Shown here: one piece after another, positions 1 to 8,342 of the stretch
Numbering within the stretch: position 1 is the first letter of the stretch
Layout of the letters: each line of letters begins with the position of its first letter
IMG/VR virus record: IMGVR_UViG_3300008107_006173
Direction: 5' to 3' (one strand)
Source: a virus
Taxonomy: Duplodnaviria; Caudoviricetes
DNA length: 64,000 nucleotides
Translations under genes and position numbers: made by a program
Notes under the pieces: model-generated
Databases searched by the model: none
Told to the model about the DNA's origin: nothing
The model's input: the letters and a program-made list of their open reading frames with translations, nothing else

Positions 1-39
1 GTTCAACGAGGGTTCCTCTTGTTCTAATGTTAAAAAATA

Positions 40-618
40 TTAGAAGCTGTGTGTAATACCAACACCTACTTCATCAGTACGAAGGCTACCTGTAGTGCGA
101 TAATATGTTGCACCAATAGCAGTCTTTTCAGTGATGTTCCATTCAACACCTGAATGTAAACGATCTTCTTTCATTCTGTTACCGTTGAAGCTTTCACGAT
201 GGCGGTAGCCAGCCTTTAGTGTAAGAGCATCACCCAATGGATATGCAGCATTAACGCCTGCACCCCAAAACTCAAAGTTACCGCCAACTGTTGGTGATAC
301 CTTCTTGTTTAGTGACTGACCTACTTCAGCAAAAGCCGCAGAGCTTAAACCAAATACACCTGGAAGGGCTGTACCTAGCTTACCTGAAAGAAGTGTTCCA
401 ACAGGACCTTCATTTTCTGGTTGTACTGTCTGTAGCTCTAGACCATATTGAACTAGACCGTTGTATAGTGCATCGTTGTACTGAACACGATATTCGGTTG
501 AGTTGGTCTGCTTGTTTGCAACACCACCAAAGCGCACTTCACCTTCAAGGGTTCCGGCACTTGCTGGTACTGCAATTGCTGCTGATACGACTGTTAAAGC
601 CAATAATAATTTTTTCAT
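40..618 (-). CDS. Outer-membrane beta-barrel protein (porin/OMP-like), 192 aa
   Basis: N-terminal signal peptide (MKKLLLALTVVSAAIAVPASA), alternating amphipathic strands, C-terminal GVGITHSF ending in Phe (typical Bam signal); SD AAGAGG. Confidence 0.75.
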   Translation of the reverse strand: MKKLLLALTVVSAAIAVPASAGTLEGEVRFGGVANKQTNSTEYRVQYNDALYNGLVQYGLELQTVQPENEGPVGTLLSGKLGTALPGVFGLSSAAFAEVGQSLNKKVSPTVGGNFEFWGAGVNAAYPLGDALTLKAGYRHRESFNGNRMKEDRLHSGVEWNITEKTAIGATYYRTTGSLRTDEVGVGITHSF

Positions 619-775
619 TCAAATATCCTCTTTCATAGTTTTTAAAACTATTAGTTAGTTAGCTGAAAGACAAGGTCTCCCAGTACTAATAGTTATCATG
701 GAAATGTGTTTGGGAGTGTGAATCCTGATTACAGGTTATTGCAAGTGTGCAACAATATGTGATTCTACTGTGTAT

Positions 776-783
776 TATTTATA
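776..783 (-). promoter_or_regulatory. T4-type late promoter TATAAATA upstream of the OMP gene
   Basis: Exact TATAAATA on the minus strand in the intergenic region, immediately after a terminator. Confidence 0.6.
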
Positions 784-814
784 AAAAAATGCCCTGTTTT
801 TACACAGGGCATTT
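783..814 (-). terminator. Intrinsic terminator
   Basis: 10-bp stem aaatgccctg (787-796) / cagggcattt (805-814) followed by a T-run on the minus strand. Confidence 0.75.
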
Positions 815-827
815 ATAGTCAGAGATG

Positions 828-1166
828 TTATTCCTTAAATATCTTTTTTAAGATACTATTAGTTTCTTTCTCCAGATGTAGCCTTACTTTGTCCAAGTCG
901 ATAACAATTTCAACTGATTCAATGTCATCTTTGATACCTAATTGTCTTATGTACTTGTCGATATTTGTATAGCTAATATTTTTTTGATTATCGTTTACGC
1001 TATACGAATCTCCACCAACGGTATTAACTACAATTTTGTGTAAAAATTCTGTTGGTATGTCAGAAGGTTCAATTTTACTTAGAATACCCTTGACTATACC
1101 TGAATCATTTGATTTGGATTGCTTACCAAGTAGGACAATTCTAGGCGGACCTTTTGGTTTCGCCAC
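828..1166 (-). CDS. Hypothetical protein, 112 aa
   Basis: ORF with SD (AGAGGA) in the minus-strand gene train. Confidence 0.7.
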   Translation of the reverse strand: MAKPKGPPRIVLLGKQSKSNDSGIVKGILSKIEPSDIPTEFLHKIVVNTVGGDSYSVNDNQKNISYTNIDKYIRQLGIKDDIESVEIVIDLDKVRLHLEKETNSILKKIFKE

Positions 1167-1182
1167 AATATTGTCCTCTTAG

Positions 1183-1890
1183 TTATTCAGCTGCTCCGGC
1201 TTCTTCTGTTAGATCGACGGCAGTCTTCTTTGGCGGACGACCAGGACCACGACGTGGTTCTAGTTCAGGATTCAAACGATATGCCTCAGCCTTCTTAGCT
1301 TCAGCATCACGAATCAATGCTTGTGCATCCTGTTCTAATAGCTCTGCTTGAATTAGTAAGTTACGAGCAACATCATTAGTTGGTGCCGGTGCATCTCGTG
1401 TAATGTCAGCATCTGGGTTGCGATTAGCAAGTACAGGATCAGTTTCGATTGGTCTTACCAAAGGATCTGGCTGCTGGTAGCTTTCCGTTGTTACCCTCTT
1501 CTGGCTAGCAGGATCAGTCTTAGGTGGGGTGTATCCGCCTTCGAGTTTCTTAATCTCTCGATTAACATCAGCTAGGGGGAGGCTTTGATTGGGTAGCGGA
1601 GTCAGGCTTACATGACTTACTGGTACCTTCTGCAACTTCTTACTGTAGTGTAAGCCGGTTAGCATATTGCTGCCGTCAGTAAACTGACGACGGTGAAGCA
1701 CCTGACTAATGTCATTGGATTCTTGTGCTTCAGCACTAACAACAACATTCATTAGATCGTCGTGCTGTCTGCTATCTAATGTATCGGTTTGAACAATGAG
1801 GCAGTAATCTGCTTCACCCGGCAATTCACGGAAAACAACCAAGCATGGCTTCTCTCCGTATTTGCCTACATGTTTAGTTAACTGTGGCAT
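1183..1890 (-). CDS. Hypothetical protein, 235 aa, C-terminal coiled coil and RRGPGRPPK AT-hook-like motif
   Basis: Long ORF, tightly coupled to neighbours. Confidence 0.75.
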   Translation of the reverse strand: MPQLTKHVGKYGEKPCLVVFRELPGEADYCLIVQTDTLDSRQHDDLMNVVVSAEAQESNDISQVLHRRQFTDGSNMLTGLHYSKKLQKVPVSHVSLTPLPNQSLPLADVNREIKKLEGGYTPPKTDPASQKRVTTESYQQPDPLVRPIETDPVLANRNPDADITRDAPAPTNDVARNLLIQAELLEQDAQALIRDAEAKKAEAYRLNPELEPRRGPGRPPKKTAVDLTEEAGAAE

Positions 1891-1893
1891 AAA

Positions 1894-2157
1894 TTATTCC
1901 TTGGTAGCTTCTTCTTCTGTTGCTTCATCGCGAGCCTTTTGCTGTTCAGCAATAAAGGTTAGGAAAGCATTTAGTTTGTCAAAGATTGCGCCAACCTGTG
2001 TGAGTTCTGCACCGCGGAAAGCACCGCGCTGACTTGCTAGATCGACAATCTGTAATAGAACTTGAAGATCATTTAAGCTAATTGAATCAGGTACGGCCTT
2101 TTCTGTCTGCTCTAGTACAGGGGCATCTACTTCTTCAACTGTCTTGTTCTTTGCCAT
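1894..2157 (-). CDS. Hypothetical protein, 87 aa
   Basis: Strong SD AAGGAG; TTAAATA late-like motif at 2188-2194. Confidence 0.75.
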   Translation of the reverse strand: MAKNKTVEEVDAPVLEQTEKAVPDSISLNDLQVLLQIVDLASQRGAFRGAELTQVGAIFDKLNAFLTFIAEQQKARDEATEEEATKE

Positions 2158-2210
2158 ATAACATCTCCTTTTATGGTTTCGTAATTTTATTTAACAGATG
2201 CTATAACTAA

Positions 2211-2480
2211 TTACGGCATATTTTGGTTAAGAAATGAAAGAATATTTTCTTTATCTATAGGACTTTCAAAATAGATAATCACATGATGTTCGCCGTCCTT
2301 GCGTACATGAAATTGCTCGCTTGCGTGACAATCTAAGTAGTCTAATATGCTATTGTACAGCTCATTGTCAATATCAATAAACTTAGCACGGTTGCGTATC
2401 ATACGAACGGCACCCTCGGTGCCGCTCAACATATTAAACTCTAAACTGTCTAGTTTTTTTGTTTCAATTCTGTATGCCAT
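2211..2480 (-). CDS. Hypothetical protein, 89 aa
   Basis: ORF abutting upstream gene. Confidence 0.65.
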   Translation of the reverse strand: MAYRIETKKLDSLEFNMLSGTEGAVRMIRNRAKFIDIDNELYNSILDYLDCHASEQFHVRKDGEHHVIIYFESPIDKENILSFLNQNMP

Positions 2481-2684
2481 TTAACGGCCCTTCCATCTCA
2501 TAGTAAACCATGCTGCATCCGCGCTGTTATCAAAAGTATATGTAGCAATCTCATCAGCAACATACACATCACTAGTATCTACGATAGTTACACCCCGATA
2601 ACCCACACAGTTTGAAGCAGCCCAATCGGCTGCTTCTTTAAAACTTATACCGTCACCATCATCTAAATAAACTTCTATAGACAT
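2481..2684 (-). CDS. Hypothetical protein, 67 aa (member of the FxxxxDAxxFxLxW paralogue family)
   Basis: C-terminus YTFDNSADAAWFTMRW; start overlaps upstream stop. Confidence 0.65.
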   Translation of the reverse strand: MSIEVYLDDGDGISFKEAADWAASNCVGYRGVTIVDTSDVYVADEIATYTFDNSADAAWFTMRWKGR

Positions 2685-3991
2685 TACTTTGACTTGCTAG
2701 TATACGGTACTGTGATACCAAACGGTGCTTCCGGAACCTTTTCATCGCGACCGCCGTGTACAATAAACAGCGTATCGCAATAAGTTTCGTCGCCCCATGA
2801 ACCCCACGGATAACCGTCAGTGAACATGATGAACTTCTTAGGCTCGATACCATTCTCCTTCATGTAAGCGAAGTTGATATCAAAGTCGGTACCACCACCA
2901 CCTGCAAGCTCGTAGGTAAGGAAGTCATTTGAAGTATCAGCAGTAATAGTGATTGGGTTATAAATTTGCGTATCAAAGCACCACAAGTGAATCTTGTAAT
3001 CAGTGTACTGATCCATAATGCCCTTCACTTCGCTAAGGAAGTCAGTGCCCATTTCATCAGTGATTGACCCTGACATATCAATACAAATTGCAACGTCAAT
3101 GGTAGTTTCACGATCCATGCCAGGCAAGTAAAAGCCTGCATCAAGCCCCTTACGGCTTGGACGCAGGTAAGTGTAGTTGCTCTTAATAACACTTTGGATC
3201 TGCATAGCAAGCAACTCGCGCCAATCCAACTGCGGATTCAGCAAGTCTTTGAGCAAGCGGCGCACACCTGACGGAGTGTTACCTGCTCCTGCAACCTTAG
3301 CAGCCTGAATCACAGCATTACGAAACTCTTGCTTGATCTGATCCTTCTCTGCTTTGGTGTAGCGTACAGGACCCTTAGAGCCGTCATTGCCTTCACTGCC
3401 TTCACCACCCGCGCCCTCGTCGTCGCCGTCCTCATCGCGATACAGGTGATCATCAAAGGTGTCCATGTTAATAACACGACCTTCCTTTTCTGCCTGCTTA
3501 AAGAGATCATCGTAAATCTCTTCGGAGATCTTACCGCGATATTTCCAATCGTAGCAGATTTCAACCAGCGTAATCTTCTCACCAATTTGCGCTTCAACTA
3601 GGTCGTTGTTAATAACATAGTCGTTAGCAATGTTCCAAAGTCGAGGGTCACGATTGCCCAAACGCTTCTTGTCCATGTGGTCGTAAACACAGTGGAGAAC
3701 TTCGTGGCCCATACCAAACACTAGTTCTTCGTCGTTAAGTGCATCAACGAAGTGACGGTTATAATAAAAGTATCGCCCATCGGTAGCAATAGTGGGAAGC
3801 CAGTCTGTGGCATCCTTGAAGCGCAAACGAGTAGCAAGGTTACCAAAGAACGGCGCATTAATGAGCATCTTAATTCGCGCTTTAATCAGCGCATCTTCGA
3901 TTAAAGCAGAGCTCTTAGTAGTGTCCTTAATTGGACGATTAGTCTTAACTGCCCGCTTTTTAACATCTGTATCTGAAGTCGTATTAGACAT
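2684..3991 (-). CDS. HExxH metallopeptidase-like + vWA domain protein (DUF2201-type)
   Basis: HEVLH zinc motif, NIANDYVIN, vWA MIDAS motif DMSGS, GGGGTDF, MFTDG; start moved to MSNTTS (3991), which follows a promoter and SD. Confidence 0.8.
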   Translation of the reverse strand: MSNTTSDTDVKKRAVKTNRPIKDTTKSSALIEDALIKARIKMLINAPFFGNLATRLRFKDATDWLPTIATDGRYFYYNRHFVDALNDEELVFGMGHEVLHCVYDHMDKKRLGNRDPRLWNIANDYVINNDLVEAQIGEKITLVEICYDWKYRGKISEEIYDDLFKQAEKEGRVINMDTFDDHLYRDEDGDDEGAGGEGSEGNDGSKGPVRYTKAEKDQIKQEFRNAVIQAAKVAGAGNTPSGVRRLLKDLLNPQLDWRELLAMQIQSVIKSNYTYLRPSRKGLDAGFYLPGMDRETTIDVAICIDMSGSITDEMGTDFLSEVKGIMDQYTDYKIHLWCFDTQIYNPITITADTSNDFLTYELAGGGGTDFDINFAYMKENGIEPKKFIMFTDGYPWGSWGDETYCDTLFIVHGGRDEKVPEAPFGITVPYTSKSK

Positions 3992-4023
3992 AACTTTACC
4001 CTTATTTCTTATCCTACTTATAT

Positions 4024-4051
4024 AGTATAACATCTGTAGGGATAGTGTCAA
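4024..4051 (-). promoter_or_regulatory. sigma70-like promoter TTGACA-N16-TATACT
   Basis: Read directly from the sequence, upstream of the vWA gene. Confidence 0.7.
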
Positions 4052-4070
4052 CCACTATTTTACTTATCGG

Positions 4071-4103
4071 AAAAGGCGATGCCCCGCCTTTCGACGGGGC
4101 ATC
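4071..4103 (-). terminator. Intrinsic terminator after the MoxR gene
   Basis: 9-bp stem gatgccccg/cggggcatc, short T-run downstream on the minus strand. Confidence 0.65.
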
Positions 4104-4163
4104 TTTGATGGGCTCGAGTGTAGGGAGTAACAAGGTAGGTAGGTTCTCAAGCCCTTCAACTGG

Positions 4164-5270
4164 TTAAACGATGTACTTGGTGTAACGCTCACTAAACACC
4201 TTGTACAGATCCTGATTAAGATCAGTACGGATATTAAACTTGATACCGTAGTCGGTCATAATGGTCTTAAAGAACAGCACAACCATTTCAGGTTCAAAAT
4301 TCTCGTAGGAGAACTTAACAGCATTGTTGAACATGACCTTGAAATCATCCTTAGTACCATGTTCCTGGTAGTACTGATTGATTTCGTAAGTGAGTCCAAC
4401 CACCAAACTGTACTTAGCGGAAATCTCTTGACTCAACTTATTGTCGAGCTTAGTGACCTTACCTGAAAGCACATCTTCTGGCTTAGGCAAGTGGCTAGCA
4501 ATACGACGGTGTTCAATAAACTTACCTGCCATACCCTCGCCAACAGCGCCAGCGACTTCTGCCTTCTGTTCGAAAATATCTGAAGTTTCAAATCCGTCCT
4601 GCGTGAGCATTTCGCTTACATATGACCACGACCGCGGAGTAGCAAATGCCTGCGAACTTGTCTTAGGATCAAAGTCAAACAAGTCTGCCTTGGAGTACGA
4701 AAGGTAACCAAGCACATCTGGGTGAACCCCATTCTTTAGAGCCCACTTCTGCCAGTCACCAAAGTCCACTGCCATGTTAATGTGACGGAAGCGGTTCGCC
4801 AACGGAGCAGGCATGCGGTAAGTAACGCCACGATCAGTTTCGCGGTTACCTGCTGCAACAATTACAACATTCTTTGGAAGAACATACTGACCAATTCGAC
4901 GGTTTAGTACAAGCTGATATGCTGCTGCCTGTACACTAGGCGGAGCAGAGTTAAGTTCGTCTAGGAACAGAATTACTGTATCGTACTGCGCCGCAAACTC
5001 AACTGTAGGAAGGTCCGCCGGAGGCGCCCAATCCATTGTATTCGTTTCTGGATTACGGAAGGGGTAGCCGCGCAAGTCAGTGGGTTCAAGTAGTGCAAGA
5101 CGAAGGTCTAGTACACACGAGCGTCCCATTGCGCCGCTATCTGAAATGCCCTGAACTAGTTCGGACTTACCAATGCCCGGAGGTCCCCAAATAAACAGCG
5201 GACGACGAGCTTTCATTGCACGAAGTGCGATTGACTGCACTTGCGATGCCTTAACACTAAGAGTATCCAT
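4164..5270 (-). CDS. MoxR-like AAA+ ATPase
   Basis: Walker A GPPGIGKS, Walker B ILFLDELN, VAAGN, PLANRF, ATPRSW; adjacent to the vWA gene. Confidence 0.85.
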   Translation of the reverse strand: MDTLSVKASQVQSIALRAMKARRPLFIWGPPGIGKSELVQGISDSGAMGRSCVLDLRLALLEPTDLRGYPFRNPETNTMDWAPPADLPTVEFAAQYDTVILFLDELNSAPPSVQAAAYQLVLNRRIGQYVLPKNVVIVAAGNRETDRGVTYRMPAPLANRFRHINMAVDFGDWQKWALKNGVHPDVLGYLSYSKADLFDFDPKTSSQAFATPRSWSYVSEMLTQDGFETSDIFEQKAEVAGAVGEGMAGKFIEHRRIASHLPKPEDVLSGKVTKLDNKLSQEISAKYSLVVGLTYEINQYYQEHGTKDDFKVMFNNAVKFSYENFEPEMVVLFFKTIMTDYGIKFNIRTDLNQDLYKVFSERYTKYIV

Positions 5271-5304
5271 AACTAACCTACCTTTCTAACTAACCTATGT
5301 TCTT

Positions 5305-5332
5305 ATAATAGCACCTTGTGCTATTATGTCAA
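5305..5332 (-). promoter_or_regulatory. sigma70-like promoter TTGACA-N16-TATTAT
   Basis: Read directly from the sequence. Confidence 0.7.
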
Positions 5333-5340
5333 CCGGTTTT

Positions 5341-5637
5341 TTACACCAGTTCCAACATATTTCCTGGAACCCGCCAGTTTGTGCCAAACATGCTATTACC
5401 ATTGGGCTGTTCGCGCACGATGATAAACTTCCGGTTAATCTTCTGGACGTTACCAACAACAGTACGCCCACCACGCCCGGTAAACTTAACCTGACTGCCA
5501 ACAGCGAGCTGGCGCTTGTTCTGGCTAAGGATCTGGTTGCGTCGGTAAGTAATTGCTGAACTAATTGAGCGCAACTGTTCGTCGGTGAAGTCACCAAACA
5601 TAATTGCGGTATTCACATCTTGAATTGACATAGTCAT
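5341..5637 (-). CDS. Small early protein, 98 aa, C-terminal SH3/KOW-like region
   Basis: Start moved to MTMSIQ after SD AAGGAG; VGSQVKFTGRGG..VVGNVQKIN pattern. Confidence 0.7.
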   Translation of the reverse strand: MTMSIQDVNTAIMFGDFTDEQLRSISSAITYRRNQILSQNKRQLAVGSQVKFTGRGGRTVVGNVQKINRKFIIVREQPNGNSMFGTNWRVPGNMLELV

Positions 5638-5669
5638 TTTCGACTCCTTATTTCTCAACCTACATTTAT

Positions 5670-5697
5670 ATAATAGCATCTTTAGGAATGCTGTCAA
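5670..5697 (-). promoter_or_regulatory. sigma70-like promoter TTGACA-N16-TATTAT
   Basis: Read directly from the sequence. Confidence 0.7.
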
Positions 5698-5706
5698 CCT
5701 TTTATT

Positions 5707-5844
5707 TTAATAAAATACAAAGTGAGTAGCATCTGACTTCAAAGTGTCTGACGCACGACTGCGTCGAGGACCGCGAAAATAAACACGAACACCCCGGTTC
5801 ATCTTGCGCCATTCTGCATACATACTAATCGGAAGCCTTATCAT
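5707..5844 (-). CDS. Small basic early protein, 45 aa (MIRLPISMYAEWRKMNRGVRVYFRGPRRSRASDTLKSDATHFVFY); not in the ORF track
   Basis: Translated by hand; has its own promoter and SD AAGGAG. Confidence 0.7.
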   Translation of the reverse strand: MIRLPISMYAEWRKMNRGVRVYFRGPRRSRASDTLKSDATHFVFY

Positions 5845-5876
5845 TTTCAACTCCTTATTTCTCAACCTACATTATT

Positions 5877-5904
5877 AGTATAGCAGATTTAGATATAAAG
5901 TCAA
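5877..5904 (-). promoter_or_regulatory. sigma70-like promoter TTGACT-N16-TATACT
   Basis: Read directly from the sequence. Confidence 0.7.
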
Positions 5905-5933
5905 CCTTTTTTACGCTAAAACAAGTCCTTATA

Positions 5934-5969
5934 AATCAATAACTTAGCGGTGTCTGTAAGTCATTGATT
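5934..5969. promoter_or_regulatory. Two inverted IHF-consensus sites (WATCAANNNNTTR)
   Basis: AATCAATAACTTA at 5934-5946 (+) and AATCAATGACTTA at 5957-5969 (-). Confidence 0.5.
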
Positions 5970-5977
5970 TTAAAGAC

Positions 5978-6008
5978 AAAAAAATAGGGGCATTTCTGCC
6001 CCTATTTT
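5978..6008 (-). terminator. Intrinsic terminator after the wHTH gene
   Basis: aaaataggggc/gcccctatttt inverted repeat with T-run. Confidence 0.75.
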
Positions 6009-6028
6009 CATAGCCGTTTAATGGAGAA

Positions 6029-6295
6029 TTAAACGAGGCCAGCTGCTAGAGCCTTGTAGCCAGCAGCAATAACAGCACGGCTAGGAGTACCAAGACGATA
6101 GAAAGTCTTAGTACGACCCTTTGTATCAGTGTGCTGGTTAGCATAGATTGGGAAGCCCTTCATACGAAGTGCTGAAACAGTTGAGCGAGCATTACCAACG
6201 CCAAACTGAGCCTCAATCTGAGCAGCGGTCAAACCACGATCGTTAGTGCGAAGCGCCTTAAGAACGCGATCTTCCTTTGTCATTACCTTAGTCAT
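6029..6295 (-). CDS. Small winged-HTH-like DNA-binding protein, 87 aa
   Basis: LTAAQIEAQFGVGNARSTVSALRMKGFPIY helix-turn-helix-wing pattern. Confidence 0.65.
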   Translation of the reverse strand: MTKVMTKEDRVLKALRTNDRGLTAAQIEAQFGVGNARSTVSALRMKGFPIYANQHTDTKGRTKTFYRLGTPSRAVIAAGYKALAAGLV

Positions 6296-6375
6296 ATTTC
6301 ACCTTTTCTTTAGTTAACATATTGCTAGGAAGGATATTCTTTCTAGCCTGCTAGCATTTACGCTAACATAACACT

Positions 6376-6404
6376 ATATTAGCACCGTTATAGTAACTTG
6401 TCAA
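6376..6404 (-). promoter_or_regulatory. sigma70-like promoter TTGACA-N17-TAATAT
   Basis: Read directly from the sequence. Confidence 0.7.
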
Positions 6405-6413
6405 CTGGTTTTT

Positions 6414-6842
6414 TTAACTTTTTTTGTTTAAATTTGAAATCTGGACAAGTTGTTCTAATAGAGCTTCCATATGACTAAAAAGAGTATCGTTATTATTTGA
6501 ATAATGAACTGTAGCTCTTTTTTGAATATGGTTACACATGTCCATAAATTTAAAAAGTCTATCGCTGTCTGTTGCAATAGACATGCTGTTATAGTTTACA
6601 CCAAGGTCACTTGGAAAGGTTTGGTTAAAGAATGTTTCTTTTTTTAGGGTAAATGTGTCTGATTCTTTTTTATCAAACTGACTAAAAGTCACAGTAATGT
6701 TTGGATCAAACGAATAACTGAAGGAACCAAACATACCAAAGGCAGGTTTGGTCTGCTCTTTGGCTCTTTGTTCAGTTTCTATTTTCTTGCGTCTTTCCTC
6801 AATAGGGAAAGAAACAATGTTATCATCATTATCGTTGTTCAT
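6414..6842 (-). CDS. Hypothetical protein
   Basis: Start MNNDN overlaps the HNH stop (ATGA). Confidence 0.6.
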   Translation of the reverse strand: MNNDNDDNIVSFPIEERRKKIETEQRAKEQTKPAFGMFGSFSYSFDPNITVTFSQFDKKESDTFTLKKETFFNQTFPSDLGVNYNSMSIATDSDRLFKFMDMCNHIQKRATVHYSNNNDTLFSHMEALLEQLVQISNLNKKS

Positions 6843-7345
6843 GCTAGATAATCCTTCCAACTTGGGTGCTTCATATCAAACGGTAGCTTTTTACGAATGT
6901 TAGCCAATTCGTAATAGCTAGGCTTATATGGCTCGCGCCGCGGCCTAATTAGGCTACTGCCCTTTTCAAGGTTACATGGAGGACAGGCTGCTACAATGTT
7001 TTCCCATGTTGTTTTACCTCCTAAGCTGATAGGTATAACATGGTCCATTGTAACTGTGCCAGAAGTTACCAAAACACCGCAGTATTGACACTCGAAATGA
7101 TCACGCAGAGTAACATTGTACTTGCTGAAGCGTGGATACTTCTTTGCTTTCACATAGTCCTTCACCATCATTACAGCAGGCACACGAGTCTCCCAGCTCG
7201 GGCTTCGTACAACCCAATCATCATACCATTCGAGAACATGCACACGATCAAGCCAGATGTACTTGATGGCTTCCTGCCAGCCTACCGCACTCAGCGGGAG
7301 AATACTGATTGGTGATGCATCTTTATTTAATAACAGCGTATCCAT
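6839..7345 (-). CDS. HNH endonuclease (McrA-like, Zn-binding)
   Basis: RDHFECQYCG, TMDHVIPISLGG, NIVAACPPCNLEKG. Confidence 0.9.
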   Translation of the reverse strand: MDTLLLNKDASPISILPLSAVGWQEAIKYIWLDRVHVLEWYDDWVVRSPSWETRVPAVMMVKDYVKAKKYPRFSKYNVTLRDHFECQYCGVLVTSGTVTMDHVIPISLGGKTTWENIVAACPPCNLEKGSSLIRPRREPYKPSYYELANIRKKLPFDMKHPSWKDYLA

Positions 7346-7349
7346 AACT

Positions 7350-7745
7350 TTATAACATTTCTATATAACTATTAATATCGTTTCCGTTTAGTCTGAACCA
7401 AGCAGCATCATTTTCATTGTAAAATGTTACTATACTCTTACCTAAATAATAAGGCCATTCCATGATTTTGTCAAGAGCTATGACAGCTTTATTATTAGGT
7501 AAATCAGAAACTTTGTATTTGTAATGATCGTACTTTTTTGATAGTAGAGCATTACCAAAAGAGGTTAGCCTTATACCAACAGGCTCACCACCAATTAGGC
7601 GGTAGTTTGCAAAAATAAGTCGGTGAATTTCGTCTTTGGTGAACTTGGGCTCATGTCCCAATTTTTTAGACGTATATAAGATTATATCTTTTTCAAGTTC
7701 GCTAACTAGTTTAGCGTGAATACTTTCAATCGATATCTGCCTCAT
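7350..7745 (-). CDS. Hypothetical protein, 131 aa
   Basis: ORF in the gene train; C-terminal FYNENDAAWFRL. Confidence 0.7.
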   Translation of the reverse strand: MRQISIESIHAKLVSELEKDIILYTSKKLGHEPKFTKDEIHRLIFANYRLIGGEPVGIRLTSFGNALLSKKYDHYKYKVSDLPNNKAVIALDKIMEWPYYLGKSIVTFYNENDAAWFRLNGNDINSYIEML

Positions 7746-8025
7746 TTACAACCTCGCCTTGCGTGAGTTTTACTACCCTAAACCCATCGGTGGAGAAAAT
7801 CTTATTCAGGCGTTCAGCAAGGTTAAATGCGTGACCGGGATTACTAAAGGAGACTTTCTTGTACTTTGGACCAGGATAGCTCACTAATGTATTTAGTGTG
7901 CGTAGATTTATAGGGGCATCCTTAAAGAATACACTATAGATAGCGTCGGCACTTAGTACCTGCTCTGCATGGTATGTGTTCTTATTGATTGCTTCTAGCA
8001 AAATCTCTGGTTTTGGTCTACTCAT
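7726..8025 (-). CDS. Hypothetical phage protein, ~99 aa
   Basis: Start MSRPKP after SD AGGAG and the GATAAATA motif (8048-8055). Confidence 0.7.
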   Translation of the reverse strand: MSRPKPEILLEAINKNTYHAEQVLSADAIYSVFFKDAPINLRTLNTLVSYPGPKYKKVSFSNPGHAFNLAERLNKIFSTDGFRVVKLTQGEVVNEADID

Positions 8026-8078
8026 ATGTGTGTCTCCTGTACACATATATTTATCAAAACTAGCTATAAAAACACCTT

Positions 8079-8342
8079 TTAATTTTTAAGGTCTATGCTT
8101 AGTTTAGCGTTTACTAGATCGTCATAGTCCTGAAATGTAAGGTATAGTGTCTGATCTTCGTACCAATTTTGTCTTGTATAGTCCATGCAAGCATGTGGTA
8201 TAAAATGATATCCCCAGTCTTTTGCACAAAGTTTGTCTAGTTTTTGCCAGACTATCTGGGGTAAAGCAAAAACAGAAGTACGCCACTGATAGCGATAGAT
8301 TTTGTTATATCGTTCAGGTTTACTCTTTAAATCCGCCACCAT
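8079..8342 (-). CDS. Hypothetical protein, 87 aa
   Basis: ORF in the gene train. Confidence 0.6.
   Translation of the reverse strand: MVADLKSKPERYNKIYRYQWRTSVFALPQIVWQKLDKLCAKDWGYHFIPHACMDYTRQNWYEDQTLYLTFQDYDDLVNAKLSIDLKN

Larger units (their letters stand above)
5643..5873. repeat. 24-bp exact direct repeat of a leader/RBS (5643-5666 and 5850-5873)
   Basis: actccttatttctcaacctacatt occurs twice. Confidence 0.9.

Noticed and set aside
660-735. Cobalamin riboswitch-like words (GGGAGACC on minus; GGGAGTGTGAATCC on plus)
   Set aside because: The two elements are on opposite strands and the B12 box is missing; kept only as an unclassified structured leader.
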